NCBI GenBank assembly: GCA_964291395.2
Contig: OZ219856.1
Location: forward strand, 2,112,001 to 2,176,000
Source of the DNA: Alphaproteobacteria bacterium
Lineage (GTDB): Bacteria > Pseudomonadota > Alphaproteobacteria > UBA2966
DNA: 64,000 nt
Reading direction: 5' to 3'
A program made the translations under genes and the position numbers. Positions 10,167 through 20,909 of the stretch are shown piece by piece. The notes beneath the pieces are model-generated. The model worked only from the letters and a program-made list of their open reading frames with translations, did no database searches and was not told the DNA's origin. The stretch's first letter is position 1. Every line of letters starts with the position of its first letter.

Positions 10167-10616
10167 GCGCGAGCGGCCGTGTTGACCGACGCGCGGCCGC
10201 CCGGGATGGAAACGTGCCCGATGGCGAGGTGACGTAGGCGGACAGGCGCACCTTTCACGACGCCGCTCGCTCTGCGATCGGCAAGGTCGCAGTTCGGGCG
10301 GCCAAGGCCGAAGCCCGGCCGCTCCGCGTCGTGCGGCGTCGAGAGCGGCTCCGCCCGCGTCGGCGCCGACGAGAAACCGAGTCGGAACGCCGTCGGCGAC
10401 GATGACGAAGCGCCCGTCCCTTCGTCGTCGAAAGCGGCACCGACGCGTCCCCAAAACTCCCAACCGGCGCCGCATGTTTGACTGCAACGTCAAAGCGGTA
10501 GATACCACCGGCGAGTCTCCTCACGGCGACATGCCGGACATCTGCCTTGCCCGCGAGGTCCCCCTTACGAAGCGAGCGGTGCCGTACCCGTTGCCGGAAC
10601 ACGGAATCGGTCGTGC

Positions 10617-11201
10617 ATGACCAAACTGAACTCACTTTGTGTCTTCTGCGGCGCCCGGACGGGCACCGACCCCACGCACCGGGCAGCCGCCCAACGCCTG
10701 GGGACGTTGCTTGGCGAAAGGCGGATCAAGCTCATCTTCGGCGCGGGAAGCATAGGTCTCATGGGTGTGGCGGCGGACGCGGCACTCGCGGCCGGAGGTG
10801 ACGCCGTCGGCGTGATCCCGCACCATCTCAACCGGGTGGAATTGGCGCACGACCGCCTCACCGAGGTTCACGTGGTCAATTCCATGCACGAGCGCAAGCA
10901 GCGGATGTTCGAACTGGCGGACGCGTTCGCGATCCTTCCGGGTGGTTTGGGAACCCTTGACGAGACCATAGAAATCATCACGTGGCGTCAACTTCGGCTT
11001 CATCGAATGCCCGTGGTACTGATCGATCACAACGGATACTGGCGGCCCTTCATCGACCTCGTCGGTCATGTCGTGGATCAGGGTTTTGCCGATCCGTCGG
11101 CATCCGATCTGTTCGCCGTCGTCAACAGCGTGGACGACGTCATTCCCGAGATCGAGGCGCTCCTTCCGGTCGGGAAACCCGCGAAGCCCGACTATCCGTA
11201 G
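10617..11201 (+). CDS. LOG family nucleotide phosphoribohydrolase (TIGR00730)
   Basis: SLCVFCGA, MHERKQRM and PGGLGTLDE motifs. Confidence 0.92.
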   Translation: MTKLNSLCVFCGARTGTDPTHRAAAQRLGTLLGERRIKLIFGAGSIGLMGVAADAALAAGGDAVGVIPHHLNRVELAHDRLTEVHVVNSMHERKQRMFELADAFAILPGGLGTLDETIEIITWRQLRLHRMPVVLIDHNGYWRPFIDLVGHVVDQGFADPSASDLFAVVNSVDDVIPEIEALLPVGKPAKPDYP

Positions 11202-11285
11202 GCCGCAGCTTTGATCCCCCGGAGGCGGGTGATATCTTCCGGCGGCCGATTCGGGGCCAGGGGAATCTGGGGACGGGAGCGCGGT

Positions 11286-12503
11286 ATGGCGAGAATTCCG
11301 GTGCAACATCCGGTGGTCGAGCTCGACGGCGACGAGATGACGCGCATCATCTGGGCGTTCATCAAGGACAAGCTGGTCCTGCCATATCTCGACCTGGATC
11401 TCATCTACTTCGACCTCGGCATCGAGAGCAGGGATTCCACGGACGACCAGATCACCGTCGACGCCGCGAACGCCATCAAGGAAGTCGGCGTCGGAGTCAA
11501 ATGCGCCACCATCACGCCGGACGAAAGCCGGGTGGAGGAATTCGGTCTCAAGAGCATGTGGCGCTCTCCCAACGGCACCATTCGGAACATCCTGGGCGGA
11601 ACGGTCTTTCGCGAGCCGATCATCTGCAAGAACGTCCCCCGTCTCGTTCCCGGCTGGACCGATCCCATCGTCATCGGCAGGCATGCGTTCGGCGACCAGT
11701 ACCGGGCCACCGATTTCGTGGTGCCCGGACCCGGCAAGCTCACCCTGAAGTACGAGCCCGAAGACGGCGGCAAGGCGACCGAGTACGAGATTTACGAGTT
11801 CCCCGGCGGGGGCGTGGCCCTCGGCATGTACAACCTGGACGAGTCCATTCGCGGGTTTGCCCGCGCCTGCTTCAACTACGGCCTGGCCCGCAAATGGCCG
11901 GTGTACCTCTCGACCAAGAACACGATCCTCAAGGCCTACGACGGCCGTTTCAAGGATCTGTTCCAGGAGGTCTTCGAGAACGAATTCAAGGACCGATTCG
12001 ACGACGACGGCATCATGTACGAGCATCGGCTGATCGACGACATGGTCGCCGCCGCCTTGAAGTGGAGCGGAAAATTCGTGTGGGCCTGCAAGAATTACGA
12101 TGGCGACGTGCAATCCGACACGGTGGCGCAGGGCTTCGGCTCGCTCGGCCTCATGACATCCGTGCTGATGACGCCCGACGGCAAAACCGTGGAGGCCGAG
12201 GCGGCGCACGGAACGGTCACCCGCCACTACCGCCAGCATCAACAAGGCAAGGAGACGTCCACGAATCCCATCGCGTCGATCTTTGCCTGGACCGGCGGCC
12301 TGAAGCATCGAGCCCATCTCGACGACAACCGGGAGCTCAAGACCTTCTGCGAGACGCTCGAGCGCGTTTGCATCGACACCGTGGAAAGCGGCTTCATGAC
12401 GAAGGACCTGGCCATGCTGATCGGACCCGATCAGTCCTGGCTGACGACCAACCAGTTCCTCGACCAACTGGACGAGGGCCTGCGGGCGCAGATGGACGCC
12501 TAG
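11286..12503 (+). CDS. icd: NADP-dependent isocitrate dehydrogenase
   Basis: [41 protein letters not shown] and [13 protein letters not shown] motifs. Confidence 0.97.
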   Translation: MARIPVQHPVVELDGDEMTRIIWAFIKDKLVLPYLDLDLIYFDLGIESRDSTDDQITVDAANAIKEVGVGVKCATITPDESRVEEFGLKSMWRSPNGTIRNILGGTVFREPIICKNVPRLVPGWTDPIVIGRHAFGDQYRATDFVVPGPGKLTLKYEPEDGGKATEYEIYEFPGGGVALGMYNLDESIRGFARACFNYGLARKWPVYLSTKNTILKAYDGRFKDLFQEVFENEFKDRFDDDGIMYEHRLIDDMVAAALKWSGKFVWACKNYDGDVQSDTVAQGFGSLGLMTSVLMTPDGKTVEAEAAHGTVTRHYRQHQQGKETSTNPIASIFAWTGGLKHRAHLDDNRELKTFCETLERVCIDTVESGFMTKDLAMLIGPDQSWLTTNQFLDQLDEGLRAQMDA

Positions 12504-12509
12504 ACGGAG

Positions 12510-15167
12510 CTACGCCGCGGCGCGGGCTCCGATCGCCTCTTCGACCGCGGAGAGGGCCTCGTCGGCCCTGCTGCCGTCGGGCCCACCCGCCTGAGCCATA
12601 TCGGGGCGGCCACCGCCTCCCCTGCCGCCGAGCGCCTCGGCCCCGCTCCTGACCAGGTCAACCGCGTTGAACGTCGCCTCGAGAGACTCCGTGACCCCGA
12701 CGACCAGCGACGCCTTGCCCTCGGTCACCGCGACGACGGCGTAGATACCTTCACCCGATCGCTTGAGATCGTCGACCATCGCCTTGAGGTCACGGGACGA
12801 GGCACCGTCGACACGCCGACCGACGTACCGCACGCCGGCGACCTCCTTGGCCGCCGGTCCCGCCGAGGAACCACCCGTCGCCAGCCTGCGCCGTGCGTCG
12901 GCCAGTTCCCGTTCGAGGCGCTTACGCTCTTCAACAAGGGCCCGGACCCGTTCCGCCGCTTCCGACGGCGAGGCCCTGAGCTCGGCGGCGACTTCGTTGA
13001 GGGCACGCTCCTCCGCGCGCACGTAGTCCGCCGCGGCCTCGCCCGTAAGGGCCTCGATACGGCGCACGCCGGCCGCGACGGCGCCCTCGCCGACGATCTT
13101 GAAGAACCCGATGTCACCCACGCGCGCCACGTGCGTACCGCCGCAGAGCTCCACCGAGTTGGGCGCACCTTCGCCGCCCCCCATGGCCACGACCCGGACC
13201 TCGTCGCCGTACTTCTCGCCGAACAACGCGAGGGCGCCCTGTTCCACGGCCTCGTCGGGACTCATGAGGACCGTCCCGACACTCGCGTTCCGGCGAACGT
13301 TGAGGTTGACGTCCGACTCGATGGTTTCGAGTTCTTCGGCGGTGACCGCTTTGGGGTGCGCGAAGTCAAACCGCAACCGGTCCGGCGTGACCAGCGAGCC
13401 CTTCTGGACCACGTGATCACCCAACGCGCGGCGCAGCGCCGCGTGCATCAGGTGCGTCGCGGAGTGGTTGGAGCGCAACCGCGAACGCCGCTCGCCGTCG
13501 ACGCGGAGCTCCACCGCGTCCCCCACGCGCAGGGCACCCCCCTTGACCGAGCCGACGTGCGCGTGGACGTCGCCGAGGTGCTTCGTCGTATCGTGGACGG
13601 CAACTTCCACGCCGTCAGCCGTGAACATCACACCCGTGTCCCCCACCTGACCGCCCGCCTCCCCGTAGAACGGGGTCTGGTTGACGACGACAAGAACCTC
13701 CGTGCCGTCCGCGGCGCTTTCCACCTCGGCACCGTCCACGACGATGGCCTCGACCCGGGCCTCGGCGTCGTGGGTCTCGTGGCCGAGAAACTCCGTGGCG
13801 CCGACGCGCTCGCGCACCTCGAACCACAATACATCGGTCGCCGCCTCGCCCGAGCCGGCCCACGCCTTCCGCGCTTCTTCTCGCTGGCGATCCATCGCGG
13901 CGTCGAAGCCCTCGGTATCGACTTCGACACCACGGTTTCGCAGGGCATCCTGGGTCAGGTCCAGGGGAAAGCCGTAGGTGTCGTACAGCCGAAACGCCAC
14001 GTCGCCCGGCAAGGGTTGACCATCGCCGAGGTCTCCCGCGGCGTCTTCGAGAAGCTTCAAGCCGCGCTCGAGCGTTCGCTTGAAGCGCGTCTCCTCCAAC
14101 TTGAGGGTCTCGGTGACCAGGGGCTCGGCGCGGCCGAGCTCGGGATATGCCTGGCCCATCCGTGCGACAAGGGCCGGAACCAATCGCCAGAGCAGCGGCT
14201 CTTCGCATCCCATCAAATGGGCGTGGCGCATGGCGCGGCGCATGATTCGCCGCAACACGTAACCCCGGCCCTCGTTCGACGGCATGACGCCGTCCGCCAT
14301 CAGAAAACTGACCGAGCGCAGATGATCCGCGATCACGCGGTGCGACACCGCGTGATCCGCATCCGCAGCCTGCCCGCTCGCCTCGGCCGACGCTTCGATG
14401 AGAGCGCGGAGCAAATCGATGTCGTATATGTCGTGGCGGCCCTGGAGCACCGTCGTGATTCGCTCCAATCCCATGCCCGTATCGATCGAGGGCCTGGGCA
14501 GGTCGATGCGCTCATCCTCGGTAACCTGCTCGAACTGCATGAAAACGAGGTTCCAGATTTCGACGAAACGGTCGCCGTCCTCGTCGGGGCTCCCCGGAGG
14601 CCCGCCAGGAATGTGGTCGCCGTGATCGTAGAAAATCTCGGAACACGGCCCGCAGGGACCCGTGGGGCCCATCGCCCAGAAATTATCGGAGGTCGGAATG
14701 CGGATGATCCGGTCTTCCGGCAATCCCGCAATTTTCTTCCAGAGATCGAAGGCCTGATCGTCTTCGGCATACACCGTGGTCAGCAGCCTGTCCGCCGGCA
14801 ACCCGAATTCCCGGGTCACCAGTTTCCACGCGAGCTCGATCGCCAGCTCCTTGAAATAGTCTCCGAAGGAGAAATTGCCCAGCATTTCGAAGAACGTGGC
14901 GTGTCGGGCGGTATAGCCGACGTTGTCGAGATCGTTGTGCTTGCCGCCGGCGCGCACACACTTTTGCGAGGTCACGGCACGGTTGTAATCGCGCACTTCG
15001 GCCCCGGTGAACACGTTCTTGAACTGCACCATGCCGGCGTTCGCGAACATGAGCGTCGGGTCGTTGTGCGGCACCAGCGGACTCGACGCGACAGGCTCGT
15101 GACCATGCGCCACGAAATAGTCGATAAATGCCTTTCGAATATCGTTCGCCGAAGTCATCCGTCTCAC
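12510..15167 (-). CDS. alaS: Alanine--tRNA ligase
   Basis: [31 protein letters not shown], editing domain HSATH/ELCGGTH, C-terminal [12 protein letters not shown]. Confidence 0.98.
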   Translation of the reverse strand: MRRMTSANDIRKAFIDYFVAHGHEPVASSPLVPHNDPTLMFANAGMVQFKNVFTGAEVRDYNRAVTSQKCVRAGGKHNDLDNVGYTARHATFFEMLGNFSFGDYFKELAIELAWKLVTREFGLPADRLLTTVYAEDDQAFDLWKKIAGLPEDRIIRIPTSDNFWAMGPTGPCGPCSEIFYDHGDHIPGGPPGSPDEDGDRFVEIWNLVFMQFEQVTEDERIDLPRPSIDTGMGLERITTVLQGRHDIYDIDLLRALIEASAEASGQAADADHAVSHRVIADHLRSVSFLMADGVMPSNEGRGYVLRRIMRRAMRHAHLMGCEEPLLWRLVPALVARMGQAYPELGRAEPLVTETLKLEETRFKRTLERGLKLLEDAAGDLGDGQPLPGDVAFRLYDTYGFPLDLTQDALRNRGVEVDTEGFDAAMDRQREEARKAWAGSGEAATDVLWFEVRERVGATEFLGHETHDAEARVEAIVVDGAEVESAADGTEVLVVVNQTPFYGEAGGQVGDTGVMFTADGVEVAVHDTTKHLGDVHAHVGSVKGGALRVGDAVELRVDGERRSRLRSNHSATHLMHAALRRALGDHVVQKGSLVTPDRLRFDFAHPKAVTAEELETIESDVNLNVRRNASVGTVLMSPDEAVEQGALALFGEKYGDEVRVVAMGGGEGAPNSVELCGGTHVARVGDIGFFKIVGEGAVAAGVRRIEALTGEAAADYVRAEERALNEVAAELRASPSEAAERVRALVEERKRLERELADARRRLATGGSSAGPAAKEVAGVRYVGRRVDGASSRDLKAMVDDLKRSGEGIYAVVAVTEGKASLVVGVTESLEATFNAVDLVRSGAEALGGRGGGGRPDMAQAGGPDGSRADEALSAVEEAIGARAAA

Positions 15168-15432
15168 CGTTCACGGCGCTTCACGGGCGCGCCGCCTCTT
15201 CCTGAAGTGCGGTCCCGGACCGAAGTCGGGTTCGCCGAAGCTTCTAGCCCTGCGCGGGAATCCTGTCCAGCCAGGGATGGCCGGCCGATTCAGGCCATGG
15301 ACATGGGCATTCCCGGGCCCGGATGCAAAGAGAAAGCGGCACGCCGGGCGTGGGAATCGGTGTGGGGACCGGCGTCGGACCCGGACGAAATGCCCTGAAC
15401 GCGGGACAGTCCGATGGCGGCAAGCCTGTCGT

Positions 15433-16545
15433 CTAGGCGCCGGCGGCGGCAGCCTCCCCATCGTCCCCGTCGCCAGCCGCAGCGACCGGCTCCTCCATGA
15501 TCGTATCCGCGATCAGACCGGCGTTACGACGGATTTCGACGTCGATAGCATCCGCGACTTCCGGAGTCTCCTTCAGATAGGCCTTGGCGTTTTCCCGGCC
15601 CTGGCCAATCCGCCGGCCATCGTAGGAGAACCAGGACCCGGATTTCTCGATAATGCCGGCCCGAACGCCGAGATCGATGAGTTCGCCCATGCGGGAAACG
15701 CCCTCGCCGTACATGATGTCGAATTCGACCATCTTGAACGGCGGTGCGAGCTTGTTCTTGACCACCTTCACGCGGGTTTGATTGCCGACCACCTCGTCGC
15801 GGTCCTTGATCGCGCCGATCCGCCGGATGTCGAGGCGCACCGACGAATAGAACTTGAGCGCGTTGCCGCCCGTCGTCGTTTCCGGATTGCCGAACATCAC
15901 GCCGATCTTCATGCGGATCTGATTGATGAAGACCACCATGCAGTTGGACCGCGAGATCGAGGACGTCAGTTTGCGAAGCGCCTGGCTCATCAACCGGGCC
16001 TGGAGGCCGACGTGCGTGTCCCCCATCTCGCCCTCGAGCTCCGCCCGCGGCACGAGCGCCGCAACCGAGTCGATCACGAGAGCATCCACCGCACCGGAGC
16101 GCACGAGCGTATCGGCGATCTCGAGCGCCTGCTCGCCGGTGTCGGGCTGGGAGATCAGCAGGTCTTCGACGTTCACCCCCAACTTGCGGGCATACACGGG
16201 GTCGAGCGCATGCTCGGCATCGATGAAGGCGCAGATGCCGCCGCGCTTTTGCGCCTCGGCCACCACGTGAAGCGCCAACGTCGTCTTGCCGGAGCTTTCG
16301 GGTCCGTAGATTTCCACCACCCGGCCGCGCGGTAAGCCGCCAATGCCAAGGATTCCAATGCCAAGGGCAATGTCGAGGGCCAACGAGCCGGTCGGGATCG
16401 CATCGATCTCGACGGCTTGCTCACGCTGCCCGAGCTTCATGACCGAGCCCTTGCCGAAAGCCCGTTCGATCTGGCTCAGCGCCGCTTCCAGTGCCTTTTC
16501 CTTGTCCATTCCGCCATCCACGACGCGAAGTGATGATTCGGTCAT
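15433..16545 (-). CDS. recA: Recombinase RecA (with a 5-aa duplication before Walker A)
   Basis: [20 protein letters not shown] and [16 protein letters not shown] motifs. Confidence 0.98.
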   Translation of the reverse strand: MTESSLRVVDGGMDKEKALEAALSQIERAFGKGSVMKLGQREQAVEIDAIPTGSLALDIALGIGILGIGGLPRGRVVEIYGPESSGKTTLALHVVAEAQKRGGICAFIDAEHALDPVYARKLGVNVEDLLISQPDTGEQALEIADTLVRSGAVDALVIDSVAALVPRAELEGEMGDTHVGLQARLMSQALRKLTSSISRSNCMVVFINQIRMKIGVMFGNPETTTGGNALKFYSSVRLDIRRIGAIKDRDEVVGNQTRVKVVKNKLAPPFKMVEFDIMYGEGVSRMGELIDLGVRAGIIEKSGSWFSYDGRRIGQGRENAKAYLKETPEVADAIDVEIRRNAGLIADTIMEEPVAAAGDGDDGEAAAAGA

Positions 16546-16662
16546 TGTCGTTCCTCTCTTATTCCACAGGGGATATCCGCTTGCAATGCCACCCGAGCCT
16601 CACCGCGGCGCGCCGCTTCCCACCCGTCGACTTTGGCTGCCCCGGCCATGATTCGTTCAAAT

Positions 16663-16677
16663 GTACCCGTTTCGTTC
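16663..16677 (-). promoter_or_regulatory. Alphaproteobacterial LexA (SOS) box overlapping the recA promoter
   Basis: Minus strand GAAC-GAAACGG-GTAC (GAAC-N7-GTAC), lying between TTGTAA (-35-like) and TACATT (-10-like). Confidence 0.8.
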
Positions 16678-16854
16678 TCATTTACAAGAGGAAATTCAAC
16701 TCATTGTTTCGATGACATGAATTCCCATTTGTTCCCCTTTCGTCCAAAAGGGAGGCCCAATCCCCGGATTCCGAATATGGAAGGTCGAGAGCATTATCTC
16801 GCCCGCACGCGCCGGTCATACCCGCATCATGCGAAGCACGGTCTCAAGAGCGTC

Positions 16855-17114
16855 CTCGAACGGCAAGGCGCCCGTCGCGACGGCCGTCAGTCCTCGAACA
16901 CGGCGCGAATGTTCTCGGGGAGAAGTACGTGCGCGTCGGCCGGCTTTTCAGGAACCGAAATCCCAGGCGACGTCGACACGCGGCTGCCCGCTCGAACGGC
17001 AAGGCGCCCGTCGCGACGGCCGTCAGTCCTCGAACACGGCGCGAATGTTCTCGGGGAGAAGTACGTGCGCGTCGGCCGGCTTTTCAGGAACCGAAATCCC
17101 AGGCGACGTCGACA
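16855..17114. repeat. Exact 124-bp tandem duplication (16855..16978 and 16991..17114), 12-bp spacer
   Basis: Base-by-base comparison shows identical copies with a 136-bp period. Confidence 0.95.
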
Positions 17115-17130
17115 GGGTCATGAGGAGGCG

Positions 17131-17547
17131 TCAGTCGTCGCGATACGTTCGTTCACGTTTTTCATGACGTTCCTGAGCCTCGATGCTCAGGGTCGCGATC
17201 GGCCGTGCGTCAAGCCGGGACAGGTTGATCGGCTCTCCGGTATCCTCGCAGTAGCCGTAGCTGCCGTCCTGAAGCCGTTCCAAAGCGTTGTCGATCTTGG
17301 TCAGAAGCTTGCGTTCCCGATCCCGAGTTCTCAATTCGAGCGAGCGTTCCGATTCCACGGAGGCCCGATCCGCGAGATCGGGCTCCTGCAAGCTGTCCTC
17401 CTGCAGGTGCTGCAACGTCTGGGTGGATTCCCGAACCAATTCCTCCTTCCAGCTCAACAGCTTACGTCGAAAATATTCGCGCTGCCGAGCATTCATGAAC
17501 GGTTCGTCGTCGGACGGCTTGTAACCCTTGGGCAAGCGGGTCGCCAT
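17131..17547 (-). CDS. dksA: RNA polymerase-binding protein DksA
   Basis: YKPSDDEPFMN, DLADRA coiled-coil tip, SYGYCEDTGEPI...ARPIATLSIEAQE (alphaproteobacterial type). Confidence 0.95.
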   Translation of the reverse strand: MATRLPKGYKPSDDEPFMNARQREYFRRKLLSWKEELVRESTQTLQHLQEDSLQEPDLADRASVESERSLELRTRDRERKLLTKIDNALERLQDGSYGYCEDTGEPINLSRLDARPIATLSIEAQERHEKRERTYRDD

Positions 17548-17808
17548 TGCACCTCCTGTGGCTGGGAGACTGATCCGCTTTTCGGCGGCGCGGAGTATAT
17601 GAAGGTGATCGGCCCGCAAGCAAGGGCGGAGAACCGCATGTTTTCAGATTTCCGGCCCACGCCGGTACGGCGTTCGGGAAAGCCAGTCCAACTCGGTGGG
17701 AGCCATATACCTCTACCGACCTGCGCCAGGATCCAAGCCCCGAATCCACGGTGCGGAGGTCCGCCCAATCTCCAACGCCCCGCAGGCATCCGATTCCGGT
17801 AGAATGAC

Positions 17809-18648
17809 GTGATGCGTTTGTGGGCGCTTTCCGACCTCCATCTGTCCCATCGCACGAACTGGGAAGCGCTGGACAGTATGCCCGCTTGTCCTGACGACTG
17901 GCTCATTCTCGCGGGCGACGTCTGCGAGGGTGCAGGTCTGCTCGACCGGTGCTTGCGGAAGCTGACCGGAAAATTTCGTCAGATCGTCTGGACACCGGGC
18001 AACCACGAGCTCTGGACGCTTCCAAGCGCCTCCGACGGGTTGCGAGGCGTCGCCCTGTACCGGCACCTCATCGAAATAGCGCGCAGCCACGGCGTGTTGA
18101 CGCCCGAGGATCCATATCCGGTCTTCCCGCATCCCGCAGGGCCGGTCGTGGTCGCACCGCTGTTCCTGCTCTACGACTACAGCTTCCGGCCCCGGCATGT
18201 CCCGGCTGACGAGGTGCTGCGATGGGCCGCCACAGCAAACACGGTCTGCGCCGACGAGTTCCTCCTGCACCCGGACCCGTTTCCGGATCGTGCCTCCTGG
18301 TGCGCTTCACGCTGCCGGGATGCCGCGGCGAGGCTCGCCTCATGTCCCGCCGAACTACCGAAGGTACTGATCAATCACTTTCCGCTCGAAGAGGAACTCG
18401 CCGTGCTGCCTCGCGTCCCGCGCTTCACGCCGTGGTGCGGCACCCGGTTGACGCGCGGATGGCACCGACGATTCAACGCCTGCGCAGTGATATACGGACA
18501 TCTGCATATCCGAGGACTCCATTGGCTTGATGGCGTACCTTTCCAAGAAGTATCGCTCGGCTATCCGAACCAGTGGTCTCAGATGCGGGGAATGGCCGTC
18601 TACATGCGAGAAATCACGATCGCCAAGCCAGAGCGCGCCGGACCTTGA
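17809..18648 (+). CDS. Metallophosphoesterase, PptH (Rv2795c)-like phosphopantetheinyl hydrolase
   Basis: SDLH, AGDV, PGNHELW, PLFLLYDYSF, DEFLLHP, NHFPL, WCGT, YGHLH and EVSLGYP motifs; coupled to the PPTase gene. Confidence 0.82.
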   Translation: MMRLWALSDLHLSHRTNWEALDSMPACPDDWLILAGDVCEGAGLLDRCLRKLTGKFRQIVWTPGNHELWTLPSASDGLRGVALYRHLIEIARSHGVLTPEDPYPVFPHPAGPVVVAPLFLLYDYSFRPRHVPADEVLRWAATANTVCADEFLLHPDPFPDRASWCASRCRDAAARLASCPAELPKVLINHFPLEEELAVLPRVPRFTPWCGTRLTRGWHRRFNACAVIYGHLHIRGLHWLDGVPFQEVSLGYPNQWSQMRGMAVYMREITIAKPERAGP

Positions 18649-19364
18649 TCAGACCGGATGAACGCTGGTGGAGTCCTTGGCGCGAATCCGACGGCGTAAT
18701 CGTCCTCCACGTCGACCTCTCACCCGACAGCGAGCGCGAGGCCCGTGCCCACGCCCTGCTCGACGACGAAGAAAAACAGCGCTGGTGCCGCTTTGCGGCG
18801 GAACGCCCGCGACGTCAGTTTGCCCTGTGCCGGGCCGCCCTTCGCCTCAACCTGGCCGAGCGCCTGGGCTGCTCCAACGGAGGACTGTCATTCGGCTATC
18901 AGGAACACGGCAAGCCGTTCGCCAGGGTGAAGGGAACTCCGGCGTCCGTCGGTTTCAACGTAAGCCACAGCGGAAAGCACGGACTGATCGCGTTGGCAGA
19001 CCGCTCTCATGTCGGCATTGACGTGGAAGAGCGCGTGGCGCGCCGCGACCTCGACGGCATCGGCAAGATGGTTTACGGCCCGGCGGAACGACGGTCACTG
19101 TCGGCCGTCGAAGGAGCGCGGAAGGTGCACCGTTTCTATCGGCTATGGAGTCTGAAGGAGGCGCTGATCAAAGCCCTCGGAACAGGATTCACGCTGAACC
19201 CATCGGGTTTCGAGGTGCCCGGAGCCATGCTTCACGGCGACCGGTCGGGCGTATTTCGGTTCCCGCACGCTCCGTCGGCCACGTGGCGGCTCGGGGACCT
19301 GGGTGAGCCCCGGTTCGCCGCGGCAATCGCGTACAAGTTGTCTGCTCCCCCATTCCCGGACTAA
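18645..19364 (+). CDS. Sfp-type 4'-phosphopantetheinyl transferase
   Basis: HGKP, FNVSHS, VGIDVE and WSLKEALIKALGTG motifs; TTGA overlap with the upstream gene. Confidence 0.92.
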   Translation: MIRPDERWWSPWRESDGVIVLHVDLSPDSEREARAHALLDDEEKQRWCRFAAERPRRQFALCRAALRLNLAERLGCSNGGLSFGYQEHGKPFARVKGTPASVGFNVSHSGKHGLIALADRSHVGIDVEERVARRDLDGIGKMVYGPAERRSLSAVEGARKVHRFYRLWSLKEALIKALGTGFTLNPSGFEVPGAMLHGDRSGVFRFPHAPSATWRLGDLGEPRFAAAIAYKLSAPPFPD

Positions 19365-19487
19365 ACATGTGGTTTCGATGGTCCGACCGGTTCGCCAAAC
19401 CGGTTGCCCACGGCCGGCGAGGCTCCAAGAACTCCTACACCACGCACCAGGACAGGATCGGACCAATCTCCACAATGGGACATCACA

Positions 19488-19658
19488 ATGATCGTATTGC
19501 TATCCAAAGTGGCAACTTATTCCCTGGCGGCAATGGCATTCGTGTTCCTGTCCACCGCGATTTGGAAGGACGTGGATTATGCGTGCCATCAAACGGTATG
19601 GGCGTCCTACAAAATCGACAAGGCGGTCGCGGAAGCCATGGAACAAATCACCCGGTAG
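19488..19658 (+). CDS. Small hypothetical membrane-anchored protein (56 aa)
   Basis: MIVLLSKVATYSLAAMAFVFLSTAIWK hydrophobic N-terminus; GGGA upstream. Confidence 0.4.
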   Translation: MIVLLSKVATYSLAAMAFVFLSTAIWKDVDYACHQTVWASYKIDKAVAEAMEQITR

Positions 19659-19716
19659 TCGAAATCGGACAGGAGAAACCCGTCGTTCAGCGAGTCGAAG
19701 CCTGGCGGTGGCAGAA

Positions 19717-20835
19717 ATGAACGCCGCTTCACCACGGATACCGATCGTCAACGTCGAGGCCCAACACCAGAAGTTGCGCCCCGAAATCCTGCGGGCGCTC
19801 CGAGACGTCTTTGATTCCCGGGCTTACGTTCAAGGCCCGCACGTTCAGGCATTCGAGACGGCCTTCGCCTCGGAGCACGGCGCGGCACACGCGGCCGGCT
19901 GCAGCAACGGAACGGCCGCCCTTTCCCTGGCGCTGGAAGCGGCGGGCGTCGGCCCCGGCGACGAAGTGATCACCACCTCGTACACCTTCGTCGCCACCGC
20001 GGAGTCCATCCTTCATCTGGGCGCCACGCCGGTGTTCGTGGACATCGAGCCCGGCACCTACAACATGGACCCGCGCCTCGTCCGGCAGGCCGTCACGCGG
20101 CGAACCAAAGCGATCGTTCCGGTCCATCTGTACGGAACGCCTTGCGCCATGGACGAGCTACGGGAGATCGCGAACGAGAACGACGCGGTCATCGTCGAAG
20201 ACTGCGCCCAGGCACACCTCGCGAAGTTCGAAGGCCAAGCCGTCGGCACCTTCGGGCGGGCCGGTTCCTTCAGTTTCTACCCCGGCAAGAACCTGGGAGC
20301 ATGCGGCGACGCCGGAATGGTGGTGAGCGAGGACGAGAACACCATCTCGCGCGTCAAGAAGCTTCTCGACCATGGCCGAGAGACGAAGTATCTCCACGAC
20401 ATCGTCGGCTACAACCGACGCATGGACGCCATGCAGGCAGCCATTCTCGGCGTCAAGCTGCGATATCTCGAAGAGTGGACGTCCCGGCGTCGCGAAAACG
20501 CGGAGGCGTACGACAGCCGGCTCAAGCCGGCCGGATTCCAGGTGATCGAGCCTCCCGACAACACGGAACCCGTTTATCATCTATACGTCGTTCAAGTGGA
20601 CAATCGAGAGGAAACCACGGAAGCGCTCGCAGCGAACGGGATCGGCTTCGGCATCCACTATCCGACCCCTCTCCACCTGCAGCCATCCATGTCGGAACTG
20701 GGATACAAGGCCGGCTCACTGCCCGTAACGGAAGCGGTCGCAGGCCGGGTCCTCAGCCTGCCGATGTGTGCGGAGCTCTCACGGGGACAAATCGATCGGG
20801 TTTGCGACGCGTTCGTGGGCGTCGCGCGGCCGTGA
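19717..20835 (+). CDS. DegT/DnrJ/EryC1/StrS family PLP aminotransferase
   Basis: SNGTAAL, VPVHLYG, EDCAQAH and FSFYPGKNLGACGDAG motifs. Confidence 0.93.
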   Translation: MNAASPRIPIVNVEAQHQKLRPEILRALRDVFDSRAYVQGPHVQAFETAFASEHGAAHAAGCSNGTAALSLALEAAGVGPGDEVITTSYTFVATAESILHLGATPVFVDIEPGTYNMDPRLVRQAVTRRTKAIVPVHLYGTPCAMDELREIANENDAVIVEDCAQAHLAKFEGQAVGTFGRAGSFSFYPGKNLGACGDAGMVVSEDENTISRVKKLLDHGRETKYLHDIVGYNRRMDAMQAAILGVKLRYLEEWTSRRRENAEAYDSRLKPAGFQVIEPPDNTEPVYHLYVVQVDNREETTEALAANGIGFGIHYPTPLHLQPSMSELGYKAGSLPVTEAVAGRVLSLPMCAELSRGQIDRVCDAFVGVARP

Positions 20836-20909
20836 TCGGCGATCTCGAGCCCTGCCGGGGGAGCCGGCGGTGATGGCGGACCTCGTGCGGCTGCGCCGCA
20901 TTCAGGGGA

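Noticed and set aside
10477-10494. TTTGAC-N6-GTCAAA palindrome upstream of the LOG gene
   Set aside because: The spacing does not fit an FNR box and the 6-bp arms could arise by chance; no regulator can be assigned.
13131-15398. 755-aa plus-strand ORF, and similar long ORFs at 45..1451, 10632..12467, 21674..23299, 50406..51932 and 55610..57031
   Set aside because: Antisense shadows of real high-GC genes (alaS, Rieske, icd, USP/DASS, GS-like, proV); no protein motifs.
17131-17547. DksA lacking the four-Cys zinc finger
   Set aside because: Normal for alphaproteobacterial DksA.
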